Positions 28,486-38,424 are shown, numbered from the stretch's first letter. The stretch is 61,000 bases of DNA from Bacteroidales bacterium (GCA_007132225.1 SLPB01000061.1:1-61000); one strand, 5' to 3'. A program made the numbers and translations. The notes: generated by a model from the sequence alone, not told the origin.

Positions 28486-29181
28486 GTGGCAAAAAAGAAA
28501 CTGCAAAGATTTGCTGAAATTCCGAAATTCAATAATGTTGTACAGGCCGGTGTAGATGAGGTGCTTAACAATGAACATCGTTTGTGCGGGAAATGGGGCG
28601 AATTTTTTTTCTGTTCACCAAATCCAATTGTTATTGAACTTGGATGCGGGAAAGGTGAGTACACCGTAGGACTGGCAAATTTATTTCCGGAAAGGAATTT
28701 TTTGGGTGTGGATATTAAGGGATCAAGAATATGGTCCGGCGCCCGGCATGCATATGAGAATAAAATGCAGAATGTCGGATTTTTGCGGACCCGTATAGAA
28801 ATGATTTCTTCATTTTTTGAAAGAGAAGAGATAGATCAGATATGGCTTACATTTCCGGATCCTCAACTTAAAAAGGCCAGGAAGAGGCTTACATCACCAG
28901 CATTTTTGAATCGTTACCGCCGATTTCTCAGGAGCGGCGGACCGGTTCACCTGAAAACAGACAGTCTTGAGCTTCACAATTACACCCTTTCGGTTATCAG
29001 GGCAAACGGACTTGAATTGCTTGAAGCAACCACTGACCTCTATAGTTCTGTGCATGCCAGGGAGGAAAATTCCATAAAAACATATTATGAAACCAGGTAC
29101 CTTGAACAGGGAAAGTCTATCTGCTACCTTAAGTTCAAAGTTGATTGTTTAAAAGAAATTGAAGATCCTGATGAAAACTGA
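28486..29181 (+). CDS. trmB: tRNA (guanine-N7)-methyltransferase
   Basis: Motifs ELGCGKGEY, GVDIK, TFPDP, LKTD and TYYE. GTG start. Confidence 0.95.
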   Translation: MAKKKLQRFAEIPKFNNVVQAGVDEVLNNEHRLCGKWGEFFFCSPNPIVIELGCGKGEYTVGLANLFPERNFLGVDIKGSRIWSGARHAYENKMQNVGFLRTRIEMISSFFEREEIDQIWLTFPDPQLKKARKRLTSPAFLNRYRRFLRSGGPVHLKTDSLELHNYTLSVIRANGLELLEATTDLYSSVHAREENSIKTYYETRYLEQGKSICYLKFKVDCLKEIEDPDEN

Positions 29182-29214
29182 ATTTTTCGCCAGATTCTAT
29201 TAAACCTGATTTAT

Positions 29215-29550
29215 TTGATTGAAAACAAGGGGTTTTTTGAAAAGGTTTATTACGTAACATCGCTAATACCCCCGGGAAGAGTGAGTACCTACGGGGCTAT
29301 TGCCCGATATCTCGGGGCTGCCGGTTCTGCACGAATGGTCGGATGGGCGTTGAACAACTGCCATGATTCTGGTGAATTCATTCCTGCTCACAGGGTGGTA
29401 AACCGCAATGGTATTCTTACCGGGAAACATCATTTTGGCACAGCAAATGCCATGAAGCAACTCCTGGAAAATGAGAATGTTGAGGTTGAAGACGATAAAG
29501 TATTAAATTTTGCCCAAATATACTGGGATCCCTGCAGGGAACTTAAATAA
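29215..29550 (+). CDS. Alkyltransferase-like (ATL/MGMT family) protein
   Basis: Motifs IPPGRVSTYGAIA, ARMVGWAL and PAHRVV (Ala in place of the catalytic Cys). Confidence 0.88.
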   Translation: MIENKGFFEKVYYVTSLIPPGRVSTYGAIARYLGAAGSARMVGWALNNCHDSGEFIPAHRVVNRNGILTGKHHFGTANAMKQLLENENVEVEDDKVLNFAQIYWDPCRELK

Positions 29551-29558
29551 CCAGGATA

Positions 29559-30524
29559 TTAGTTCCCGGGTGATCCCTTTTTAAGAGGAAAAGGGATCAT
29601 ATCCTTTATATTCTCCAGTAGCTCTCTATTCCTGAAACCGACAAACCAGGGATTAAGATTATCTTTTTTATTATAGATAAGCTGCTGCCCGGTATTGGCA
29701 GCCTGAACAACCCCTCCCCCGGCAGCAAGCACTATTGCATGTCCTGCAGCAGTATCCCATTCCCAAATATTTGTAAACCTGGGATATATATCAGCTTCAC
29801 CCTCGGCAAGCATACACAGTTTAATGGAGCTGCCGGTGGTAACAATCCTGGTATCATGGTATCTTTTACTGAATTCATTAATAAAGCGGCGGGTCCGTTC
29901 ATCCGGGAAAGACCGGCTGGCCACTATTCCGTAACCCTTTTTGCTGGTGAAGGGAAGCTGAATGCCATTTTCAAGCCAATTTATATCAGAGGGCACATTT
30001 ACCCAGAACCTGTTATCCGTTCCGGGGCCCTGTTTGCCGGTTAAAATATTGTTAACAGCATCGCCAAAAGAGCCATAAGCTAAATTGTTCAAGGCAGAAG
30101 CGTTATTAAAACGCCATGAGCCGAAATTTTTAATTCCGGCATACAAAATATCCCTGACCGGCACATACACCACCCCGGACCAGGGCTGCTGATCAGCTAT
30201 AAGAGCTATATTAACGGTAAATTCGCCGGTGCCATCAATAAATTCCCTTGTCCCATCCAGGGGGTCAACAAGCCAGAAACGTTTCCATGATTTCCTTTTC
30301 CTGTAGGATACAGACCGTCCCTCTTCGCTTAAAACCGGCAGTCCGGTATCCTCAAGCAGGGAGGTTATTACTTTATCAGCCCTGATATCTGCAGTGGTAA
30401 CAGGAGATTCATCGGCCTTGGCATCAATATTATAATCGTTACTCCTGCCGATATCCATAATTTCCAGGCCTGCCTTTAGCGCAGCAAGGATGGAAATATT
30501 AAGCAATTTCCCGTAGTCATCCAT
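29559..30524 (-). CDS. cysQ: 3'(2'),5'-bisphosphate nucleotidase
   Basis: Motifs KADESPVTTAD, LSEE, DPLDGTREF, GSSIK and EWDTAAG. Confidence 0.9.
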   Translation of the reverse strand: MDDYGKLLNISILAALKAGLEIMDIGRSNDYNIDAKADESPVTTADIRADKVITSLLEDTGLPVLSEEGRSVSYRKRKSWKRFWLVDPLDGTREFIDGTGEFTVNIALIADQQPWSGVVYVPVRDILYAGIKNFGSWRFNNASALNNLAYGSFGDAVNNILTGKQGPGTDNRFWVNVPSDINWLENGIQLPFTSKKGYGIVASRSFPDERTRRFINEFSKRYHDTRIVTTGSSIKLCMLAEGEADIYPRFTNIWEWDTAAGHAIVLAAGGGVVQAANTGQQLIYNKKDNLNPWFVGFRNRELLENIKDMIPFPLKKGSPGN

Positions 30525-30537
30525 CTTATAAAATTAA

Positions 30538-30591
30538 TCCTGCCTGTTATGCCGGGAACATCCGGATATTTTATCATATTTACAGGCAGGA
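30538..30591 (-). terminator. Stem-loop between the DUF1080 gene and cysQ (terminator or processing site)
   Basis: 10-bp inverted repeat TCCTGCCTGT(30538-47)/ACAGGCAGGA(30582-91) enclosing an inner CCGGG-AACA-TCCGG hairpin. Followed by TTAATTTT on the minus strand. Confidence 0.45.
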
Positions 30592-30617
30592 AATAGCATT
30601 GGCCGGATGAATTAAAC

Positions 30618-31664
30618 TCAGTTAATTATGGGGGTAAGCAACATATTTCGGAATGATACCGGCCCATGGTCCCCCTGCAGGAAAATCGGGCCGGGAGCAA
30701 ATACATCTGACTGAATGGCACCCCCGGTAGGTCCGTACACAGGCTGATTGTCGATGATAGTAATGTTGTTAAGAACAACTGTCACATGCCTGTCAACCAA
30801 TGTGATATCCATCGACTGCCATTCGCCGGCGGGCTTTTCCGCGGCAACCAGGGGAGATATACGGCTGTAAAGACCTCCCATATGATGGCTGCTGGGTTCC
30901 ATACCATATGAATCCAGAATCTGAATTTCGTACATGCCCCTCAGATAGACTCCCGAGTTACTGCCTTCTGGAACATTGACCTCAAGTGTGAGATTGAAAT
31001 CCTCAAACTCATCTGTTGTCCGCAAGTTTCCGTATCTGATACGGGGTTCCCCGGGAACCTGCATTGCATCATTAAGCAGAATGCCATCAACGGCCTTCCA
31101 TCCGTTTACACGGTCATCCCCGATTAGTTCCCAGCCTGTGAGATCAACTCCATTAAACAGCTCAACAGGCTCACCGAGCTCAAGAGCAGAAAGATCAGGT
31201 GCAGGAGGAACATCAGGCAGTTTTACACCCTGGAAAAAGGATGAATCAATTCCAATGCCACCGGCCCGCGGCACCATGAAGTAACCAGTGATACTTTCCC
31301 CGTCTGCTCTGGCCTCTATCCAGCTGGTAACTGTATGAACCCTTGGTGTATCATCAGTTGCTGTGTCCCTTCTCCGGTTTGAGGTGCGGGTAACATGCAA
31401 AACACCCTCCTCTGTAAGAAAAATGTGTGCAACAGGAGATACGCTGCCTCCCCTCCAAAGCAGGTCAGCATCAAGGTAACTATCTTCCTGGCGCACATCA
31501 AGCCATCCAACACCACTGCCATCGATATCAAAGCTCCAGTGGCCGGTAAATTTGCTAATATCGGCATTACTCTGAGGGTCATCATTTCCGGCAGTCTGAT
31601 CCTGGCAGGAAATAAACGGCATAAAAACAGCAATCACTAACAAACTGAAAAAAATTGTTCTCAT
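30618..31664 (-). CDS. DUF1080 (3-keto-glycoside hydrolase/lyase family) lipoprotein
   Basis: Lipobox FISC. Motifs LFNGVDLTGW, NSGVYLRG, EIQILDS, AGEWQ and LQGDHG..FRN. Confidence 0.88.
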   Translation of the reverse strand: MRTIFFSLLVIAVFMPFISCQDQTAGNDDPQSNADISKFTGHWSFDIDGSGVGWLDVRQEDSYLDADLLWRGGSVSPVAHIFLTEEGVLHVTRTSNRRRDTATDDTPRVHTVTSWIEARADGESITGYFMVPRAGGIGIDSSFFQGVKLPDVPPAPDLSALELGEPVELFNGVDLTGWELIGDDRVNGWKAVDGILLNDAMQVPGEPRIRYGNLRTTDEFEDFNLTLEVNVPEGSNSGVYLRGMYEIQILDSYGMEPSSHHMGGLYSRISPLVAAEKPAGEWQSMDITLVDRHVTVVLNNITIIDNQPVYGPTGGAIQSDVFAPGPIFLQGDHGPVSFRNMLLTPIIN

Positions 31665-31838
31665 AATATATTCGGGATTAGGTTATAAAATTTCTGAAAA
31701 ATTCTGCTCTATCATAGAAATATCCGTTGTGATAACAGGGAAATATAATTCAAATATAAGGATTCTTTACAAATAGAAGTCCGCATTTATCTTTCCATAT
31801 TTGCAAATCTTTATCCGCAATCCTTATGATAAAAAGTC

Positions 31839-33185
31839 TTATGATGATGGAGCCCTGCCTGGAACGGGTGCTACAGGCTCAATCTCTACAGGTCCCATCC
31901 TGTATTCTTCAGGCCCAAGCCTTAAATTTGAGCTCATAATACTTTCAAGGGTAATATCCTCCCCGGTGTATGCTGATTCTCTCCCCATAATGCATGTCAG
32001 TGTTGAGGATGCAAGAGTATCAGCTTCATTAACAGGGTTATCGGTGCGGATGGCGGTCACAAGATTTATCATTTCCTGATCATAGGGAGACACTGGCACC
32101 CTGTCCATTGGCAGGCCGTCTTCATCCGTTGGATATTCATACTCCCATAATATATTACCCTCATAATCCATTATCCGGTTTTGGCAATTTGTATATCCCC
32201 TGGTTCCGTAAATTACCTGAGATACATTGTTGGTGCACCCGTCAATTTCACGGCACATTCCATGATAACTCTTCTGATCGTCAAATACATAATCCACACT
32301 GAAGAAATCGTACATGTTGCCAGAAGGCCTGTGATGCCGTCCTCCCATTCCGGTTGCCCGTATGGGGTATTTTTCAAAGAACCAGTTTAAAATATCAATC
32401 TGATGAATAAGCAGATTAACAATTGAATCGCCTGTGAGCCAGGCCCAGTTTGGCCGGTTCCTTATCATGGCCTCCATGTCGCTCCACCCTTCCTGTCTTC
32501 TGATGACAGGTGGTGCACCCCTGTTATAATAACAATTGGCTGATATGAGGTCTCCTATGGCCCCGTTTTTTATCTTGCTGAAAGTTTTGACATAATCGTG
32601 CTGATGCCGGTATTGGGTGCCTGCAACAACACACAGCCTGGCTGATTCAGCCATTTTACCTGTTGCCATTACTGATCTGGCACCGACAGGGTCAACACCG
32701 GCAGGCTTTTCAATAAAGGCATGTTTTCTTGCCTGTATAGCTGCTTCGAAGTGCCTGGGCCTGAAATGTGAAGGGGCAGCTTCAAGGATTATATCAATAT
32801 CGGAATCTATTACCTGCTTGTATGCATCAAATCCCAAAAAACAATTTTGATCGGGGATATCGACATTATGGCTTTTTTTCAGAGATTCCCTGCAATTGTC
32901 AAGACGATCCTGGAAAACATCTGCAAGTGCTGTTACCTGCAGATTGGGCCCTGAATTGAGAAAGTTAATTGCCGCCCCGGTACCTCTGCCCCCGCATCCT
33001 ATTAATCCCGCTTTTAAGGGTGGGCCGTCAGGTGCCTTTATAGGAAAATCAGGCGCTTCATAACGTTCACCTGATGGTGTACAGGCAGTAAAAAAAGATT
33101 TTGACAAGACGGCACCTATTAATCCAAGGGAAAAAGCATCCCCGATAAATTTTCTCCTACCCGGTGATTTAGCTTTATCATCCAT
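31839..33185 (-). CDS. Tat-exported Gfo/Idh/MocA oxidoreductase
   Basis: Twin-arginine RRKFI and a possible lipobox FTAC. Motifs GCGGRGTGA, EKP and HQID. Confidence 0.9.
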   Translation of the reverse strand: MDDKAKSPGRRKFIGDAFSLGLIGAVLSKSFFTACTPSGERYEAPDFPIKAPDGPPLKAGLIGCGGRGTGAAINFLNSGPNLQVTALADVFQDRLDNCRESLKKSHNVDIPDQNCFLGFDAYKQVIDSDIDIILEAAPSHFRPRHFEAAIQARKHAFIEKPAGVDPVGARSVMATGKMAESARLCVVAGTQYRHQHDYVKTFSKIKNGAIGDLISANCYYNRGAPPVIRRQEGWSDMEAMIRNRPNWAWLTGDSIVNLLIHQIDILNWFFEKYPIRATGMGGRHHRPSGNMYDFFSVDYVFDDQKSYHGMCREIDGCTNNVSQVIYGTRGYTNCQNRIMDYEGNILWEYEYPTDEDGLPMDRVPVSPYDQEMINLVTAIRTDNPVNEADTLASSTLTCIMGRESAYTGEDITLESIMSSNLRLGPEEYRMGPVEIEPVAPVPGRAPSS

Positions 33186-33370
33186 AACAGTTTATTTAAT
33201 ATTGATTAATTAATAGATTTTTTTGATCCCTATCAAAATTAAAAAAATAATAGGAGAACTTTCACCCGGTTTAATGGCATTTAATAGCAGTTAAATATTT
33301 TCTCTTTTGTCATTAAAATATTGAATAAACTATTGTTTTCAAATTTAAATTCAGATATTTACTAAGGCAT

Positions 33371-33456
33371 GGTATTCATATTCAGTATTTCACTCTCATG
33401 GAACCCGCATGTTTATTCATGCTATTTTGTTTGCCGAAGGCTGATGCGGGATTCAT
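33371..33456. repeat. Dispersed ~86-bp intergenic repeat, copy B
   Basis: Homologous to 19221-19307. The 59-bp unit ATGGAACCCGCAT...ATGCGGGATTCAT forms a 13-position terminal stem. Confidence 0.7.
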
Positions 33457-33712
33457 ATTATTACATACCTGTTTTTTCCCTTTTCTAAACAGTTCATTGT
33501 CATGCATTTTTTCTGGTCATGAACCGACTATGTTTTATCTTCAATTATTTATTATTTATATTTGTAGCCAGATTAAATTTAGTTTAAATACTAATAGCTG
33601 GAATTTAATTGTGAAGATTCTTAAAACCGGGAGTATTATAAAATAAATTTATATATGTCAATTCTTTAGCTGGTTTTAATACTATAAAATATATCTTAAA
33701 ATAAGTTTAATT

Positions 33713-33958
33713 ATGGAAAATAGTGTGAAGGAAGAATTACTGGTAAGAGTTAATGAATCCCTTGAAAAGGTAAGACCCTATTTGCAGGCCGACGGGGGTG
33801 ATATTGAAATTGTCGAACTAACTGATGACAATGTGTTAAGGGTCAAATTAACCGGAGCATGTCATGGCTGTCCCTTTAGCATGCAAACACTTAAGGCTGG
33901 TGTGGAGCAGGCTGTTAAAAGCGATGTGCCTGAAATTAAGGAGGTTGTATCAGATTAG
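33713..33958 (+). CDS. NifU/NfuA-like Fe-S carrier protein
   Basis: Motifs RPYLQADGGD and GACHGCP. -7 element TATATTTG at 33557-33564. Confidence 0.92.
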   Translation: MENSVKEELLVRVNESLEKVRPYLQADGGDIEIVELTDDNVLRVKLTGACHGCPFSMQTLKAGVEQAVKSDVPEIKEVVSD

Positions 33959-34121
33959 CTTTCTTTTTTTTCCACTGCAACAAAATATGTTAAGAATTTT
34001 GCAGTTATTGTATTAAATTCATTAAAGCTCTCTGCCTGATTTGTTACTTATAAAATGAACTGATCTCAGTTGGAGGATCTATATTGATTGCTGAAGTATA
34101 AACCTTCAAATAACTGCAAAT

Positions 34122-36779
34122 ATGTGTGTAAGGCTGAAGATATTCTCTCTTTTCTCCCTTTTTCTGCTCATTACCTCATGCTCCACACAGAAGAACAATC
34201 TTTTCACCAGAACATATTTTCAGGTCACTTCCCGGTATAACACATTTTTCAACGGCAGGGAGAGTTTCAGGACTGGCGTGCAAAGGTTAGAAAATCAGTT
34301 TAGTTATGATTATAACAGAATACTGCCGGTTTTTCTGTATACCGATCCTGATATTGCCAGATCAATCGCCCCGGAGATGGACAGAGCTATTGAAAAGTCT
34401 TCCAAAATCATTACAAACAAATCCATTACAGTAAAGCCTAAAGAGGGTGGAGGATTGTTTGGAAGAGGAGACGGGGATTTCCATAAACAGAACGAATATA
34501 ACCGGTGGGTAAGAGAAAGCTATCTTCTTGCCGGTAAGGCTCATTTTTACAAACATGATTATATTCCTGCTGCCCAGGCCTTTCTTTTTATAATCCGGGA
34601 ATACCACATGAACCCCATCAGGCATGAGGCAAAGATTTGGCTGGCAAGAACATACAATGAAAGAGGGAGGTATAACGAGGCCAGATTACTTTTTGAGGAA
34701 ATGCTCAATGACCCTGAATTCAATTCTGACCTTAGGGTTGAACTATATTCTACCATAGCCGATTACCATCTTAAGCAGGATCAGCTGAAAGAGGCTTCGG
34801 TAAACCTGGAAAAGGCTCTTGAAAATACAAGGCGAAAAGAGAGGCGCATACGATATACCTATATTCTTGGCCAGTTGTATGAACGATCCGGCAATTATCA
34901 TAAAGCTTCCGAATATTACGGCCGCGTAGTCAGTATGAACCCTCCATATGAAATGGCTTTCAATGCACGGATTAGTCAGACAGGAGTTTTCCAGGAAGGT
35001 GAAGGGAATGTAACAAATATGATAAATGATCTTGAAAGTATGCTGAAAGATGATAAGAACCGTGACTATCAGGATCAGATTTATTATGCACTTGGAAATA
35101 TCTATCTGCGCAATAACGATGAGGCAAATGCACTCAGGTATTATGCCATGTCGGCAGCAGCGGCCGGACCGGCATCTTCTCAGAAAGCTGTTTCTTATCT
35201 TGCTCTTGCTGATATTTATTTCCAATACCCTGACTATATTACAGCTCAGGCATATTACGATTCTGCAGTAACCAATATGGGACAGGAGTTTCCTGATCAG
35301 AGGGCTATCCGGGAGAAAAGCATTATTCTCAGAGAGCTGGTAAGTAATATAAGTCTTTATGAATTAGAGGACAGCCTGCAATTTCTCGCACAAATGAACG
35401 AAGCCGGGCGCAATAGTAAAATAGACGATATTATAGCACGGGCAAAGCAGGAGGAAGCAGATGCCCTCGAGCAGGAACGGATTACTCAGCAAACCCCGCA
35501 ATACCAGGCGGCACGGATATCTCAGGCTGCCCGCCGGCAGGCGGAGCGTTCCGGTGGGGGCAACTGGTATTTTTATAACCAGTCCGCTGTTAATTTTGGT
35601 CAGAATGAATTTGAATCACTATGGGGCAACCGTCAACTGGAAGATAACTGGAGACGGTCGAACAGGCAGGTCATTTCTACTGATGAGTTTGCCTTGACCG
35701 ATGCAGAAGATTTAATTGACGGTACGGAGGATGAAGAAATTACAGACACAGAAAGCCGGGATTATTATTTGAGAAACATACCCCTCACCGAAGAAGATTT
35801 GCAAGCTTCACACAGAAGGATACAGGATGCGCTGTTCAATATGGGAGTTATATACAGGGACGATTTTCAGGATTATGAACGATCCATTGAGGCCTATGAA
35901 TTACTCGTCAGTCGTTATCCGGAGGGGATATATACCCTGTCAGCATATTATGACCTTTATTCAGTTCATCTTCTTAATAATGATCAACGTGGAGCAGAGT
36001 TTTACAAAAACCTTATAGTTTCCCGATATCCCGGTTCTTCTTACTCCGCCATGCTTACCAATCCTGATTATTTTAAAGAGCATAAGCAGAAAATGCTGGA
36101 AGCAGAACTTTATTATGAGAATACATTTAATCTTTTCCGGGAACATAAATATGCGGAGGTAGAAGAGAGGGCTGTTTACGCTTCAGCAACATGGCCGGAA
36201 AGTGATCTTATTCCCAGGTTCGAGTATCTCCGGACACTCTCTTATGGTTCACGCGGAAACATTCCCCTTTTCAGGGAGAAGCTGGAGAATTATATAAACA
36301 CCTATCCTGAAACAGAAATGGCTGAAAATGCAATCCAGTTTGTTGCTTATCTTGAAGAGGACTACCCTGAAACAATAAGTAAGAGCGGTCTTCCTGTTAT
36401 AAGTGATATATACAAACCCGACCAGATAGGGGAGCATTATTTTGTAGTAGTTGTTGATAACATTCAGGATATGATAAACAGAATGGTTTTCAATATTGTA
36501 AATTTCAATGTGGACCAGTATGCCAGGCTAAATCTTAACATAAGCAGTATAGGGTTCAGCTCCAATTATCAGCTTTTAAGGGTGGATGGATTAACTGATA
36601 TACCTGCAGCACTTGATTATATGAACCGGTTTTCAGGTTCAAATCAGATTTTTTCAGAAACCGGAAGCGGTGACTTCCCTATGTTTATAATATCCCCTGA
36701 AAACTATAATTTGTTTATGCAGGATAAAAACATCCCTTCCTATCTGAATTTTTTTAATGATGAATATCTTAACCGGTAG
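34122..36779 (+). CDS. porW: T9SS periplasmic TPR lipoprotein PorW/SprE
   Basis: Lipobox ITSC. Motifs TSRYNTFFNG, PPYEMAFNA, WYFYN and WGNRQLEDNWR. Multiple TPRs. Confidence 0.88.
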   Translation: MCVRLKIFSLFSLFLLITSCSTQKNNLFTRTYFQVTSRYNTFFNGRESFRTGVQRLENQFSYDYNRILPVFLYTDPDIARSIAPEMDRAIEKSSKIITNKSITVKPKEGGGLFGRGDGDFHKQNEYNRWVRESYLLAGKAHFYKHDYIPAAQAFLFIIREYHMNPIRHEAKIWLARTYNERGRYNEARLLFEEMLNDPEFNSDLRVELYSTIADYHLKQDQLKEASVNLEKALENTRRKERRIRYTYILGQLYERSGNYHKASEYYGRVVSMNPPYEMAFNARISQTGVFQEGEGNVTNMINDLESMLKDDKNRDYQDQIYYALGNIYLRNNDEANALRYYAMSAAAAGPASSQKAVSYLALADIYFQYPDYITAQAYYDSAVTNMGQEFPDQRAIREKSIILRELVSNISLYELEDSLQFLAQMNEAGRNSKIDDIIARAKQEEADALEQERITQQTPQYQAARISQAARRQAERSGGGNWYFYNQSAVNFGQNEFESLWGNRQLEDNWRRSNRQVISTDEFALTDAEDLIDGTEDEEITDTESRDYYLRNIPLTEEDLQASHRRIQDALFNMGVIYRDDFQDYERSIEAYELLVSRYPEGIYTLSAYYDLYSVHLLNNDQRGAEFYKNLIVSRYPGSSYSAMLTNPDYFKEHKQKMLEAELYYENTFNLFREHKYAEVEERAVYASATWPESDLIPRFEYLRTLSYGSRGNIPLFREKLENYINTYPETEMAENAIQFVAYLEEDYPETISKSGLPVISDIYKPDQIGEHYFVVVVDNIQDMINRMVFNIVNFNVDQYARLNLNISSIGFSSNYQLLRVDGLTDIPAALDYMNRFSGSNQIFSETGSGDFPMFIISPENYNLFMQDKNIPSYLNFFNDEYLNR

Positions 36780-36867
36780 TTGCCGTGTCTGAGGCTTTAT
36801 AAGGTTGCTGCACAGATTATTAGTCATTAATCAGATAGGTTGTCATTATCACAAATTAATTACGCCA

Positions 36868-38424
36868 ATGAAGCAAATAACGATATTGTGGGCTGATGAT
36901 GAAATAGATCTTCTCAAACCGAATATTATCTTTCTTGAGTCAAAAGGATATAAAGTTCTGACCTCAACAAACGGGCAGGATGCCATTGAGCTGGTGCAGT
37001 CACATAGACCTGACCTGGTTTTTCTTGATGAATACATGCCGGGTTTAAGCGGATTGGAGACCCTGGAAATAATAAAAAGCTCTTTTCCTTCACTTCCGGT
37101 GGTTATGATTACCAAAAGTGAAGAGGAGGATATAATGGAAGAAGCAATTGGTTCAAAAATTTCCGATTACCTTATTAAACCGGTGCACCCAAAACAAATA
37201 CTGCTGTCTATAAAGAAGAATATTGATACCCGCCGGCTTGTAACTCAAAAAATTACCTCTTCCTACCAGGTTGAGTTTGGGAATTTAACCATGGCAATAA
37301 ATACTGCCGCCTCTTTTGAGGACTGGGTGGATGTATACAGGAGGCTGGTTTATTGGGATATGGAGCTGGAAAACTCGGTAGATACCGGAATGAACGAGGT
37401 AATAGCCCAGCAGAAGCATGAGGCAAATAATGAATTTGCAAAATTTATTAAATCAAATTATTCTGACTGGTTTAAGGATAACCCGGACAGGCCCCTTCTT
37501 TCTCATAATATTTTACCACAAAGAATATTTCCTCTTCTCAAACAATCGGAGAAGGTTGTTTTCATAATGATTGACAATCTTAGATATGACCAGTTAAAGT
37601 CTATTCTTCCCGATATAAGGGAGTATTACCAGGTTGAAAGGGAAGAGCTTTACTGCAGCATTTTGCCAACTGTAACCCAGTTTGCCAGGAATGCAGTTTT
37701 CGGTGGGTTGATGCCACAGGATATTGAGAAACTTTATCCGCAGCTATGGAGCGATGAGGATGATGAAGGCAGTAAAAACCTGAATGAAAAAGAGCTGCTT
37801 GTTAAGCAGCTTAAAAGGACGGGAAATGATCCAAATATCTTTTATGAGAAGGTGGTTAACAGAAAAAGCGGGAAGAAACTCTCAGAGAATATTTCATCGG
37901 TCATTAATAATACTTTAACTGTCCTTGTTTATAATTTTGTTGACATGCTTTCCCATGCCCGTACTGAAATGGATGTAATAAAGGAGCTTGCCAGCGATGA
38001 TGCAGCTTACCGGTCCCTGACCCGTTCATGGTTCCGCCATTCATACCTGCTGGATTTGTTAAAAGAACTCTCTGATAAAGACGTAAAAGTAGTTATTACT
38101 TCAGATCATGGATCGGTAAAGGTGGATAATCCCATTAAAGTTATAGGCGACCGGCATACTACAACCAATTTACGATATAAGCAGGGTAAGAATCTTAATT
38201 ATAATCCCAGGCAGGTATTTGAAATACAAATTCCCTCGAGTATACATCTTCCGAGAACAAATGTTAGTTCCACCTACATTTTTGCTACTGGCGGTGATTT
38301 CTTTGTCTATCCAAATAATTATAACTATTATGCCAATTATTACAACAATACATTTCAGCATGGAGGAGTATCCCTGGAGGAGATGCTGGTGCCCTGTATT
38401 TTTCTTGAACCTCTGAAGAGATGA
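36868..38424 (+). CDS. porX: T9SS response regulator PorX (receiver + PglZ phosphodiesterase domain)
   Basis: Receiver motifs WADDEID, LDEYMPG and MITKSEE. PglZ motifs IDNLRYDQ, SILPT, VDMLSH, SDHG and FQHGGVS. Start reassigned to ATG 36868. Confidence 0.93.
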   Translation: MKQITILWADDEIDLLKPNIIFLESKGYKVLTSTNGQDAIELVQSHRPDLVFLDEYMPGLSGLETLEIIKSSFPSLPVVMITKSEEEDIMEEAIGSKISDYLIKPVHPKQILLSIKKNIDTRRLVTQKITSSYQVEFGNLTMAINTAASFEDWVDVYRRLVYWDMELENSVDTGMNEVIAQQKHEANNEFAKFIKSNYSDWFKDNPDRPLLSHNILPQRIFPLLKQSEKVVFIMIDNLRYDQLKSILPDIREYYQVEREELYCSILPTVTQFARNAVFGGLMPQDIEKLYPQLWSDEDDEGSKNLNEKELLVKQLKRTGNDPNIFYEKVVNRKSGKKLSENISSVINNTLTVLVYNFVDMLSHARTEMDVIKELASDDAAYRSLTRSWFRHSYLLDLLKELSDKDVKVVITSDHGSVKVDNPIKVIGDRHTTTNLRYKQGKNLNYNPRQVFEIQIPSSIHLPRTNVSSTYIFATGGDFFVYPNNYNYYANYYNNTFQHGGVSLEEMLVPCIFLEPLKR

